Origin: the human T2T-CHM13v2.0 reference genome, Homo sapiens
DNA length: 64,000 nucleotides
NCBI RefSeq assembly: GCF_009914755.1
Contig: NC_060929.1
Strand: one strand, 5' to 3'
Shown: piece after piece, positions 38,570 through 51,686 of the stretch
Layout of the letters: the number at the start of each line of letters is the position of its first letter
Position numbering within the stretch: the first letter of the stretch is position 1
Position numbers and translations under genes: made by a program
The notes under the pieces: model-generated
The model's input: only the letters and a program-made list of their open reading frames with translations
Told to the model about the DNA's origin: nothing
Database searches by the model: none

Positions 38570-41500
38570 TCATTTCATAAAAATATTTAATAAGAAGACA
38601 TTGATTGAAAGGTTTTTCCATAATGTGAAGCCTCAATATATTACCCAAGTCTAGGAACAACTTTTAAAGATGAAAACAGACTTTTGGATATGGGTAAGTT
38701 TCAAGTAAAAAATAGTACCAAAAATGGAGATCTGAAACATATATTTTTAATGATTATAGTTTTTAATCTGCTTTTACAAATTATCTTTAGGGCTACTTGA
38801 AAATTTGAGTTCTTTGAGTGTCTCAATTAAAGGAATAATCACAAAATTGTAGCAGAGCAAATACTATTTAATAAAAACAGTAAAGCATAAACAACTTTAA
38901 GTAAATCTTACCTGGAAATTTTACTAAACATTACATATTTGTAATAATGTTGATTATTAATTTACAAGTTAAATGGGAGGGAGAGAAACAGAGAGAGAAA
39001 GAAAGAGACATACACATATACATGCACACACACAGAGAGGTAATTATTAATTAATTATTAAATGTATGCAGGTTTCTACTCTAGGCTGAGATTATTGATC
39101 CTCCTTGATGGATGTTAATGGGGTTTAAAATGAATACTTTATTAAATCGTTTACTGATATTTGGGGATTACCACAGAAACCTTAGAAAGAGAAAGCATTC
39201 ACTGAAATTTCTAGTGTGCATTTTCTGAGAGACTCCTTCAGCACAAAGGGGCTCACAGATACTTTGTCCATGCAATAATAGGCCCATAGCGGATTCTCCA
39301 TAAATGTTCAATGAATGTATAAATACTATATCTGTGCTATCTCAACCCCAAGTGTATTTCAGTTGAACACATGCACACAGAGGGTCTTAATAGCCTTAGC
39401 TATTATTATTATTATTATAACTTTCAGATCAGTTCTGTCCCCTTATAACTTTTACCAATTGGCCTAAGTTCAAGGCCTTGAGATCAAAAATGGCAAATCT
39501 AAACTTTTCTACCCATTCAAATGTGAAAAGACAATTATTGTGACCTCAGACACTTTCTGGTCCTTTCACCATATGGTAACAATGTTTTTGATGATCTAAA
39601 GCTTAAAACGCATAGAAGAGTATCCTTGTCCTATTAGATTAAAATAGGCTTTTTTTTTCCTATTTTCTCCTTAAAAAATAGTTTTTTTTTTCCCTAAAAC
39701 CAAAATAAGTTTTATTTCCTAAATCTAGCCAGAGGCAAGCATATATTGAAGGCAGCTAATTTAATCTCAAGGAAACAAATTTTTCCTTATTTGCCATAGA
39801 AAGCACAAGTATCACCACCACATTTTAAGGAACTTTGAGTCTGTGGGAAATTATATCTTACTAGAGGGAGTTCTGTGTTCTTTCATAGGGTCATGTAATA
39901 TTTTAATTGGAAATCCGGCAGAGTTGGCTTGTTTAAAAGGTCAGGTGCCTCTGCTTAGCACTTGTATTATTGTGAAGTGATTTTGAGGTTCTCAACCTGA
40001 AGAGATTTGGTTTGCATTGCAGAATGTTCTCAGACTTTGGAAAAGGTTTGCAAATATGTTCTGAATATTTGAAAGGTCCCTAGGATAAATTGCCATTGAA
40101 TTTGTTTAGGTCACTATGAAAGATGAGTTAATAAAAGGAGGGCTGACTTCCAATTTAGTTGGAGTAACTCATTAAGCGAAGACAGCATGCTATTAGATAA
40201 TTGCAAATTGTTTAGCCATGACCATTGGATTAAAAACAGAGCAATGTGTTTTTATATACTTGTATGTGAGTAGAATATTGCTTTCATGGAAGTGATCAGT
40301 CTAACAGGGCATGTGCAAGAGACATCATGGAAATGCCAGAAATGTCATGGGCATGCACTCACTGAATTTCTCTCTCCCTCCTTAACTCCCTCACCCACTT
40401 CCTTGTCTTGGTTATACAAAGGCAGAAATGTGTTCTCCTGTGCTATATATTGAGGTCATTAGACCCAGTGACCAGATTAAGTAATTTGTTTAGGTTTCAC
40501 CTAATGTGGCTATGCAGGATTTGGTGGAAACTTCTCAATGCTTGGCTCTCTCCCACAGAAAGAGCTAGTTGTTGCAAATGTGCAAAAAGACATCTCTTGG
40601 ATGCATACTTAAGTGAAGGAAGTTCCTTTCTCTTTTCTAGCCATGGTATATGTGTACTTTATACATCCCTAGTAATGGCAGGGTTTAGGCAGAAACATTT
40701 GGCCTGGAGCAGCTAGCTTTCCTCCTGAATGATGCCTTAGCAAATACTGCAGAAAGGAAGAAAGCACTATGTATAATCTGGGGAACTGGATACACCCTTT
40801 TCTGGTAGCTATTCAAACTGGACAAAGGCTGACCTTTCTCTCCACAAATAGGTCAGCCCACAGAGTGTTTTATTTCTCCATTATGTCCTGGAACTGCTAC
40901 TCTTCCTCCCTCATCTTCTTATCCCCGTGAACATGAAATCTAGCACTTTCCATCGAGAACCTTAAACAGCATGAAAAGCTTTCCCCAAATCAATGTCCTT
41001 CCAGGGTCATAGGTGAATACACTTCCCAGTGTGCCTGTGGTCCAGAAGCTGCCCTTGTGGCCCTGGGGCAATCTACCCATGATTATGTTGGAGGGTGAAA
41101 CAGATTGACCACAGGTAGTGTTTTGTTGTTAATTTTGCAAGGAGATTCTGAGAGGCTTTACATGTATCTGACAATTACCTAAAATGCTGCTCAATGTAAT
41201 GATGTGTTGCGAAGTGGAAAATGCTGAGGGGGTCATTTAGCAATCATGTCCTGATAGTATTCTTTCAGCAGATTATAGGTTTCTTCCTTTCTCTTTAAAG
41301 TAATGTATAGAAGTAAATATAACAACTTTTCACAGCAACAGCAAATACATATCCAGATTACAACAGGTCTTTATCAGCGTTAAACAATTAGAAAAATTAT
41401 TTGAGAAGAGGTCTTTTTGATGTGTCCCGGGTTTTCATTAATAAACCCCAGAGGGATGTGCATGCATCTTCCCCGTAAATACAGTTTTTGAGCTCTTCAA

Positions 41501-42649
41501 TGTACACAGGTGTAAGTTCTTATGCTCATACATGTTCCATTATTTCTCACAATTCCTTGTCAAAATTATCTTTGAAAATAAGAGGATATAAATCTGTGAA
41601 TTTAACACTTAATTGTCATTCTAGGCTGTCCACTTTTATTAGAGATTGCTTAAATATTCAAGACTGTCTCCAACTCTGAAAATCAGTAATGCTCAAGGAT
41701 ACCAAGCTGAAGTCTTAACTTGCTTGAAAGTGATATCTTCCAAATTTCATCTTAGCTTTTTTTTTTAAAAAAAGAGATTGATGTTAGAAACTCTTAAAAA
41801 TGTTTTTATTTAAATATACAGTTCTATTTTATTGTTTATGAATTAACGATGCAATCAAATTGAGTTTTGACTAAAAAATAAATGTCATTAGTATTGGATA
41901 AATAATCTTATTATTTTTAATCACTAATATAAATTAAATGTGTGATCAGATGCCTATCTGGAATCTCTAACTCAATTTTCCTCTTACTTAGTTTAAATCT
42001 GTTTTTAAAACAATAAACCATGCCAAGTAGTTTTACTTTCCTTAAATATCATATAAAAATGTATTTCTATTTTCTGAAACTTGATCAAGCATACTGTGAA
42101 AGAACGTTTAATTCCCATTCCTCCTTGAAAGTTAAATAAAAGCTATAAAGATTTCCTTCTTCGTTTGCTGTTTTGGTTTTGTACTGAAATCCCACGGACC
42201 ATATTATTTACTGAATCAGGTCCTCAGAATAATCCACTGTTTACCAAGGCATGTAAACATGGTTTCTAGTTAATAGGTGCTATTTACTGAAGAGAACCAC
42301 CGTTTATACAGCACAACACAGTTACAAGAGATGCTTTCTATCATGTGAAGAAAAGTTTCTCACCAGATTATTATGTTTTTCTGATTTTTTCTGGATAGTG
42401 GGTGGGGAGAATTAGTGGGCTGGAGAAAGATTACAAGTTCAATAGCATAAATGATGTGTGTAAATAGCACAGGGTACTTTTATGCTGCCAAACATTCATA
42501 GAAGATTGCATTATTAAGCTAAAAACTTGTAAGCTTTTAAACACAAATTGGCAAAATGTCTAAACAGGCCATTCTTATATGTATTGATCTAAAGCTATGT
42601 GGTGAAATATCCAATTTGTTTATTTTTGGTTGTCTTCATGTTAGAATAT

Positions 42650-43170
42650 GATAATTATTATAGTCAACATTTATTGAATACTTATTATGTGTCAGATACT
42701 GTTTAAGGGCTCCAGATGCATTATCAATTTATTTACTCATTGACATGGTTTTGCTGTGTCCCTACCCAAATCTCATCTTGAATTGTAGTTCCCATAATCC
42801 CCATGTGTTGTGGGAGGGATCAGGTGGAGATTATTGCATCACGGGGGTATCTCCCATCCTGTTCTCATGATAGTGAGTGAGTTCTCATGAAATCTGATGG
42901 TTTTATAAGCGGCTTCCCCCTTCACTGGGCACTCATTTCCTCTCCTTGCTGCTGCCATGCGTTTGCTTCAGCTTCCACCATAATTGTAAGTTTTCTGAGG
43001 CCTCCCCAGCCCTGTGGAACTGTGATTCAACTAAACCTCTTTCTTTATAAATTACCCAGTCTCAGGTATTTCTTCACAGCCGTGTGAGAACAGACTAATA
43101 CACTCATACCCAATCTTCCATGCATTATTTTTAGTCTCATTTGTATGAGGAAATAGGACTTGACAGCAAT
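42650..43170 (-). mobile_element. MIR split by the THE1D insertion
   Basis: aacatttattgaatacttattatgtgtcagatactgtttaagggc before the LTR; ctcatttgtatgaggaaataggact after it. Confidence 0.65.
42741..43102 (+). mobile_element. THE1D solo LTR
   Basis: tgacatggttttgctgtgtccctacccaaatctcatcttgaattgtagttcccataatcccc...gtgtgagaacagactaataca; perfect TSD CTCAT at 42736-42740 and 43103-43107. Confidence 0.94.
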
Positions 43171-44365
43171 TTGCATAAAAAGGTAAAAAATTGTGCTCTC
43201 CAAATGTTCAGTATTTGTCTCATTTATTTCTCATTTTTGTCATTCATAAATAAGAACACTTCCTAAGGTTTTGTTTGAAATGCTCTTTGATTTGCTGCTT
43301 CTATTCCCTCCTCTTGTAAGCTCATTCACTCACAAAGTCTGCTGTCCATGTCAATTACTTCACAGGTCTTATTGCTCCTTCACTCTTTTCTCTCCCTTTC
43401 CTGCCTCCCACACCCAGCTCAAGAGCAGTGCTGGAGCTTCTAATGATACAATGAAAATTTTTACATGGGCACAGCCACTGCTCAGGTCAACTTGATGGTC
43501 ACCATAGGATAATGTTGCTCTAGTGTTGTCATAGTCTAGATTTTTTAATGAGAAAATAAAAATCAAAGTTTTTATACAAAATCTTTGACATTAGAATAAT
43601 GGCTCAAGTTTAGGGGAAAAATCTGTGAACTCCCTTTGCCTCCAAAAACAATATGTCCTTGGGGATATATAGGCTACAAGTTCGAGGTCTCCATTTGGAC
43701 TCCAGTCAGTACTTAGCTCAGTGCTCATGCTTGTAGGTGTTAATAAACATCAGCTATGCTTCCAATTAGAAAACCTTCAATCCTACAAATTTAAAACCTC
43801 AAATATGTAAAAGAAAAGCCATACAACATTACAAAAGCCACTGACTTCAATAATTAAAAAATTAATTTAAGGACAATCAAAGTCTCTATTATAAGTCTTT
43901 TTGTTTTTTTATCTTTCTGCTTCTCTAGTCATATTTCTTGTTCTTTTAGTTCATTTAGGAGCATTCTTTAGGGACACTAGTTTAACTAAGAATTCAGTGG
44001 ACATAATTTCAAAGAGAAAAGCAGAGAGAACTAAAGATTCAACAATGATGATTCGATTTGCTGTGTGGTCCACTCAGAGAAAAATCTCCAAATAAAACAT
44101 AGCAAATGCTTACAGGTATGTCAGTTTGCCTCTGTGGCCTTCAACACCCCTCTGTCAAATGTGATTCTCACCTGTGCCTAGTATCCTTTAATCTTTCCTT
44201 TGGTCACATTCAGGACTCAAAATAGGAAGAAGATATGCAGGGGGAGATTATTGTTAATTTTTATCAAGACTCTTACCCAGAGCTTGCTGTCTTTGAGCTC
44301 ACAGGAGTTCTTTCAGGGCCTATGTCTAAGACTGGATAGGCTAATAGTGTTTGATATTTGCCTTC

Positions 44366-44577
44366 TCTCTAGGTCAGCTTGGGTTGCTATAGCAGAAAAT
44401 CACATGTTGAGTGGCTTAAACTACAAACATTTATTTCTCACCTTTATGGAAGCTGAAAGTCCAAGATTGAGGTGGCAACATAGTTGAGTTCTTGGTGAGG
44501 GACCTTCCCTGGTTTCTAGATGGCTGGTTTTTTGCTGTATCCTCCCATGGAGGGGAGTGGGAGAGACAGAGAGGGGG

Positions 44578-44611
<34 letters not shown>

Positions 44612-44777
44612 TCACTTTGGTCTTTCCATGCTCTTTAAGGGCACCAATCTCATCAAAGGTGCCCCACCTCCATGACCTCCTCTAAACCCAATTACCTCCC
44701 AAAGGCCCCACCCGTCACACTGGGGATTAGGACTTCAACATAGCATTTTGGGGGTCACAAATATTCAGTCCACAGCA
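44366..44777 (-). mobile_element. MLT1A-like solo LTR with internal (GA)n
   Basis: gtggcttaaactacaaacatttatttctcac...tctaaacccaattacctcccaaaggcccc...gacttcaacat...aaatattcagtccacagca; near-TSD ccttc/ctttc. Confidence 0.88.
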
Positions 44778-44809
44778 CTTTCCATTGGAAAGTAGTAGAG
44801 ACATTAAAC

Positions 44810-44998
44810 TTAATCAGTTTGTGAATCTGAGTGTTACTGTTTCTCTTGTGTCTCAGTTTCCTCATCTTTAGAATAGGGATAATAATTTCACACACCTTAT
44901 AGGTTTTTTGTGAGCATTGAAGAAGTTAATATATGCAAAAAGCCCTTGGCATAGTGGCTGCCACAGGTTAGTATTTGATAAGTGCTGGCTATTACTAC
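44810..44998 (+). mobile_element. MIR SINE
   Basis: tgtgtctcagtttcctcatctttagaatagggataataat...taggttttttgtgagcattga. Confidence 0.82.
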
Positions 44999-46109
44999 CC
45001 ACAGACCACAGTAAGAATACACCCACCCAGCTAGATACCACACATCAGAAACAACATCTTCCTTGCTCTTTTTTTGTGTGTTGAGAGCAGCCAAATAACT
45101 GAGGTCATGGCAAAATATTTGGTGGAAAACTCTAAACCAATGTTTGCAATCTGGGTGGAACTGAAAAAGTGTTCTATGTTTTGCTGTCCTGGTTAAGTCT
45201 GCAGTCACATTTACAAGCTATTCGCTCTTTCTCACAGGCTCTGGTCCAAGCAGTTATGTAGAACAACTAGGCAAGTCTTCATCGAGAGTTGCCCACTCAG
45301 AGAACATGAATTCCAGGGTGATCATGAGAGGTGGTGGGTGTGATTCTTCGGGTTGTATCATGAAAAGGGTATTGAAGCTGCAGCCTCAAGGCCTTACTGT
45401 GCAGCTTGTGTTCAAATGTTTTTTGCACATCTGGGGAGTGGGAAGAGGAGGGCAAGAGAGAAAGCTGGATGTTAGAGAAGAGAATAGATGCTAAACATTC
45501 TTCAACAGAAGACCCCAGCAAGAGATTTGACACAGCAGCTATTCCTGAGTTATTTAGACTGTCTTGTTAGTATGTAGAAAATAAAAACAATGCTACTGAT
45601 TTTCCACAGCTTCAATTTCTTTAGTGATTTAATTTGGCTTTGTCATTTACCAAGCAGTTCTTCAATATGTGTGCCTCTGATATTTTTTTCAAGCTGGAAA
45701 GTAAAATGGACACTGCTGCTTAAAAATTTTCCTACAAAGACACTTTGAAGAATAATGAATATCAGATAAGTGTTCTCTAAAACCTTAAACTTTTAAATGA
45801 ATATACTAAAAGATGCTATTCCTAAAGAGCCAGTAAGCTCACAGATTCTCTGCAATATGCTCATTGCTCTTATCTCTGGAATACAAAGCAAAGAATTGAG
45901 AAGCTTTTGGTTTTGTTTATTTCTTTCACCTTTGGTATAAACAACACATAGGGAAATATAATCTAGAATTGATATCACATGTCAAATACAGTTTGAAATG
46001 ATTGGTTAAATTGTGGTTTGGAGAGAGGCTGAGGTGACATTGTTCTTCAACATACAGTCTAAGTTGGTGAGGCCCGTGGTGGGAAAAAGAATGCATTATT
46101 CTTTAATAT

Positions 46110-46570
46110 CTTTGATAAAAATTATAGCTTTTGGCTAGGGAAATGTTCCAGATTAAAGGACACTAAACTGAGGCAGGAGAATTGCTTGAACCAGGGAGGT
46201 TGCAGTGAGCCGAGATCATGCCACTGCACTCCAGCCTGGACGACAGAGCGAGACTCCATCTCAAAAATTAGAAAGAAGGACACTAAAGAGATTGGACTAA
46301 AGAGATATGGTAATGTGAAATGCTAGACTAGATGCTGTAGTAGAAGAAAAAATCCTATAAAGAACATTATTGGGTCAATTTAGAAAATTGGAAAAGGACA
46401 CCCAATTAAAGGATAGTATCAATAATGTACAATTACAGTAAAGTTTATAGCTGTACAGTTCATGTAAGAACATATCCTTATTCTTAAAAAAAAATTGAAG
46501 TATTTAAAGGTAAAGACCCATGATGTATGCAACTTACATTCAAATGATGTAGAAAAAATATTGCATCTAT
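46110..46570 (+). mobile_element. L1ME/L1MC-type 3' UTR (left part; resumes at 53826)
   Basis: tgttccagattaaaggacactaaagag...aacattattgggtcaatt...gaagtatttaaaggtaaag...atgatgtatgcaacttacattcaaatg. Confidence 0.75.
46168..46275 (+). mobile_element. 5'-truncated Alu (right arm only, AluS-like)
   Basis: ctgaggcaggagaattgcttgaacc...gagactccatctcaaaaa; perfect 12-bp TSD aaggacactaaa at 46156-46167 and 46276-46287. Confidence 0.92.
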
Positions 46571-47316
46571 TTTTATAGATGTGCATATATATAAATGTAT
46601 GCAAATGCACACATATAAATACACACACATATGTATGTGTGCATGTGTATGTGTGTGTGTATATAAATATCAGATAAGTGTTCTCTAAAATCTTAAACGT
46701 TTAAATGAATATACTAAAGGATGCCATTCCTAAAGAGTCTCAACAAGCTCACAAAGGGTGAACTTCACCTTCAAATGGCCTTTGTGTATGTGTGTGTATA
46801 TATATATGTGTGTGTGTGTGTACACACACACATACAGTTTTTTTTAAGTTTCAGGGTACACGTGCAGGTTTGTTACATAGGTAAATATGTGCCATCGTGG
46901 TTTGCTGCACCTATCAACCCATTACCTAGGTATTAAGCCCAGCAAGCATTAGCTACTTTTCCTAATGTTCCTAATGTTCTCCCTCTCCTACCCTACTTCC
47001 CAACAGGCCCCAGTGTGTGTTGTTCCCTTCCCTGTGTCCATGTGTTCTCATTGTTCAGTTCCCACTTATAAAGCGGAATATGTGGTGTTTGGTTTTCTGT
47101 TCCCACCTTAGTTTGCTGAGGATGATGGCTTCCAGCTCCATCCATGTCCCCGCAAAGGACATAATCTCATTCCTTTTTATGTCTGCATAGTATTCCATGG
47201 TGTATATGTACCACATTTTCTTTATACAGTCTATCAATTATGGGCATTTGGGTTGATTCCATGTCTTTGTTATTGTGAATAGTGCTGCAGTGAACGTATG
47301 CATGTATGTATCTTTT

Positions 47317-47587
<271 letters not shown>

Positions 47588-50500
47588 TGTGTATGTTTCT
47601 TTGTAATAGAATGATTTCTATTCCTTTGGGTATATACCCAGTAATGGGATTACTAGGTCAAATGGTATTTCTGGTTCTAGATCTTTGAGGAATTGCCACA
47701 CTGTCTTACACAATGGCTGAACTAATTTACCTTCCCATGAATCGTGTAAAAGCATTCCTATTTCTCCACAATCTCACCAGCATCTGTTATTTCTTGACTT
47801 TTTAATAATCATAATTCAGACTGGAGTGAGATGGTATCTAATTTGGATTTTGATTTGTATTTTTCTAATGATCAGTGATGTTGAGCTTTATTTCATGTGT
47901 TTTTTGGCCACATGAATGTCTTCTTTTGAGAAGTTTCTGTTCATGTTCTTTGCCCACATTTTAATGGGCTTTTTTTTTCTTGTAAATTTGTTTAAGTTCC
48001 TTGTAGATTCTGAATATCAGACCTTTGTCACATGAAGAGATTGCAAACATTTTCTCCCACTCTGTAGGTTGCTTGTTCACTCAGATGATACTTTCTTTTG
48101 CTGTGCAGAAGCTCTTTAGTATAATTAGATTCCATATGTCAATTTTTGCTTTTATTGCAATTGCTTTTGGTGATTATGTCATGAAATCTTTGTTTGCACC
48201 TATGTCCTGAATGGTATTGCCTAGATTTTCTTCTAGAATTTTTACAGTTTCGGGTTTTACATTCAGGTAATCCATCTTGAATTAATTTTTGTATAAGGTG
48301 TAAGGAAGGGGTCCAGTTTCCATTTTCTGCATATGACTAGCCAGTTCTAACACCATTTATTAAATAAGAAATCCTTTCCCTGTTGCTTGTTTTTGTCAGG
48401 TTTGTTGAAGATAGATGGTTGTAGATATGCGGTCTTATTTCCGAATTCTCTATTTTGTTCCATTGGTCTATATGTCTGTTTTTGTGCCAGTACCATGCTG
48501 TTTTGGTTACTGTAGCCTTATAGTATAGTTTGAAATCTGGTAGCATGATGCCTCCAGCTTTGTTCTTTTTGCTTAGGATTGTGTTGGCTATATGTGTTCT
48601 TTTTTGGTTCTGTATGAATTTTAAAATAGTTTTTTTCTAATTCTAAGAAGAATGTCAATGATAGTTTAATGGGAATACCATTGAATCTATAAATTACTTT
48701 GGGTAGTATGGCCATTTTCATGATACTGATTCTTCCTATCCATAAGCATGGAATTTTTTCCATTTGTTTGTGTCCTCTCTGGTTTCCTCAAGCAGTGGTT
48801 TGTAGTTCTTCTTGAAGAGGTCCTTCACTTTTCTTGTTAGCTCTGTTCCTAGGTATTTTATTCTCTTTGAAGCAATTGCAAATGGGAGTTCATTCATGAT
48901 TTGGTTCTCTGCTTGCCTGTTTTTGGTGTATAGGAATACCTGTGACTTTTGCACATTGATTTTGTATCCTGAGACTTTGCTGAAGTTGCTTATCAGCTTA
49001 AGAAACTTTTGGGCTGAGACCTGGGGTTTTCTAGAGACAGGATCATGACATCCGCCAACAAAGACAATTTGACTTCCTCTCTTCCTATTTGAATACCCTT
49101 TATTTCTTTCTCTTGCCTGACTGTTCTGGTTTGAACTTCCAATACTATGTTGAATAGAAGTGGTGAGAGAGGGCATTCTTGTCTTGTGCCAGCTTTCAAG
49201 AGGAATGCTTCGAGCTCTTGCCCATTCAGTATATTGGCTGTGGGTTTGTCAGAAATGGCTCTTATTATTTTGAGGTATGTTCCTTCAATACCTAGTTTAT
49301 TGAGAGTTTATAATATGAAAGGATGTTGAATTTTATCAAAGGCCTTTTCTGTGTCTATTGAGATAATCATGTGGTTTTGTCTTTAGATCTGTTTATGTGA
49401 TGAATTAAGTTTATTGATTTGCATATGGTGAACCAGCCTTGCATCCTGGGGATGAAGCCAACTTGATCGTGGTGGATAACCTTTTGATGTGCTGCTATAT
49501 TCAGTTTGCTAGGATTTTATTGAAAATTTTTGCAGCGATGTTCATCAGGAATATTGGCCTGAAGTTTTTGTTGTTGTTCTATCTCTGCCAGGTTTTGGCA
49601 TCAGGGTAATGCTGACCTCATAAATGAGTTAGGGAGAAGTCCCACCTTTTCAATTGTTTGGCATAGTTTCAGAAGAAAGGGTATCAGCTCCTCTTTGTAC
49701 TTCTGTTAGAATTCAGCTGTAAATCCATCTGATCTTGGGCTTTTTTTGTTGTTGTTGGTTGGTAGGCTATTTATTACTGCCTCAATTTCAGAACTTGTTA
49801 TTGGTCTATTCAGGGATTCAACTTTTTCCTGGTTCAGTCTTGGGAGGGTGTATGTGTCCAGGCATTTATCCATTTCTTCTAGACTTTTTAGTTTATTTGC
49901 ACAGAGGTGTTTACAGTATTCTCTGGTGGTTGTTTGTATTTCTGTGGGGACAGTGGCGATATCCCCTTTATCATTTTTTATTGTGTCTATTTGATTATTC
50001 TCTCTTTTCTTCTTTATTAGTCTAGCTAGCAGCCTATCTGTTTTATTAATTTTTTCAAAAAAACAGCTCCTGTATTCATTGACTTTTTTGAAGGGTTTTT
50101 CATGCCTCTCTCTCCTTCAGTTCTGCTCTGAGCTTGGTTATTTCTGGTCTTCTGCTAGCTTTTGTGTTTGTTTGCTCTTGGTTCTCTAGTTCTTTTAGTT
50201 GTGATGTTAGGGCATCAATTTGAGATCTTTCTAGCTTTCTGATGTGGGCATTTAGTGCTATAAATTTTCCTCTTAAAACTGCTTTAGCTGTGTCACAGAG
50301 ATTCTGGTACATTGTTTCTTTGTTTTCACTGGTTTCCAAGAACTTCTTGATTTCTGCCTTAATTTCATTATTTTCCCAGGAGTCATTCAGAGGCAGGTTG
50401 TTCAGTTTCCATGTAGTTGTGTGGTTTTGAGTGAGTTTCTTAATATTGAATTCTAATTTGATTGTGCTGTGGTCTGAGAGACTATTTGTTATAATTTCAG

Positions 50501-51194
50501 TTCTTTTGCATTTTGCTGAGAAGTGATTTACTTCCAATTATGTGATCAATTTTAGAGTAGTGCCATACAGTGCTGAGAAAAATGTATATTATGTTGTTCT
50601 GGGGTGGAGAGTTCTGTAGCTATCTATCAGGTCCACTTGATCCAGAGCTGAGTTCAAGTCCTGAATATCCTTGATAATTTTCTGTCTTGATGATCTGTCT
50701 AATATTGACAGTGGGATGTTAAATTCTCCCACTATTATTGTGTGGAAGTCTAAGTCTCTTTGTAGGTCTCTAAGAACTTGTTTTATGAATCTGGGTGCTC
50801 TTGTGTTGGGTGAATATATATTTAGGATAGTTAGCTCTTCTTGTTGAATTGACCACTTTAGCATTATGTAATGCCCTTCTTGGTGTCTTTTGATCTTTGT
50901 TGATTTAAAGTCTATTTTGTCAGAAACTAGGATTGCAACCCCTGCTTTTTTCTGTTTTCCATTTGCTTAGTAAACTTTCCTCCATCCTGTTATTTTGAGC
51001 CTATGTGTGTCTTTGCACATGAGGTGGCTCTTTAGAAGATAGCATACTGATGGGTCTTGGCTCTTTATCCAGCTTGCCATTCTGTGTCTTTCAATTGAGG
51101 CATTTAGCCCACTTACATTTAAGGTTAGTATTGTTATGTGTGAATTTGATCCTGTCATCACGATGCTAGCTGGTTATTTTGCAGACTAGTTAAT

Positions 51195-51686
51195 TGTTGG
51201 GAACAGGCCCCCAAATCTGGCCATAAACTGGCCCCAAAACTGGCCATAAACAAAATCTCTGCAGCACTGTGACGTGTTCGTGATGGCCACGACACCCACG
51301 CTGAAGGTTGTTGGTTTACCGGAATGAGGGCAAGGAACACCTGGCCCACCCAGGATGGAAAACCACTTAAAGGTGTTCCTAAACCACAAACAATAGCATG
51401 AGCGATCTGTTCCTTAAGGACATGTTCCTGCTGCAGATAACTGGCCAGAGCCCATCCCTTTGTTTCCTGTAAGGAATACTTTTAGTTAATCTATAATCTA
51501 TAGAAACAATGCTTATCACTGGCTTGCTGTCAATAAATATGTGGGTAAATCTCTGTTTGTGGCTCTCAGTTCTGAAGGCTGTCAGCCCCCTGATTTCCCA
51601 CTCCACACTCTATATTTCCATGTGTGTGTCTTTAATTCCTCTAGTGCCGCTGGGTTAGGGTCTCCATGACTGAGCTGGTCTCGGCA
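51195..51686 (+). mobile_element. MER9a solo LTR (HERV-K9/HML-3, ERVK)
   Basis: TG...CA termini; tgttgggaacaggcccccaaatctggccataaactggccccaaaactggccataaacaaaatctctgcagcactgtgac; AATAAA at ~51532; perfect 6-bp TSD GTTAAT at 51189-51194 and 51687-51692, as expected for betaretrovirus-like ERVs. Confidence 0.92.

Noticed and set aside
47600-51161. Minus-strand L1 ORF2 fragments as coding genes
   Set aside because: Multiple frameshifts and stops, catalytic motif reads LADV, ORF1 largely deleted; a dead retroelement.
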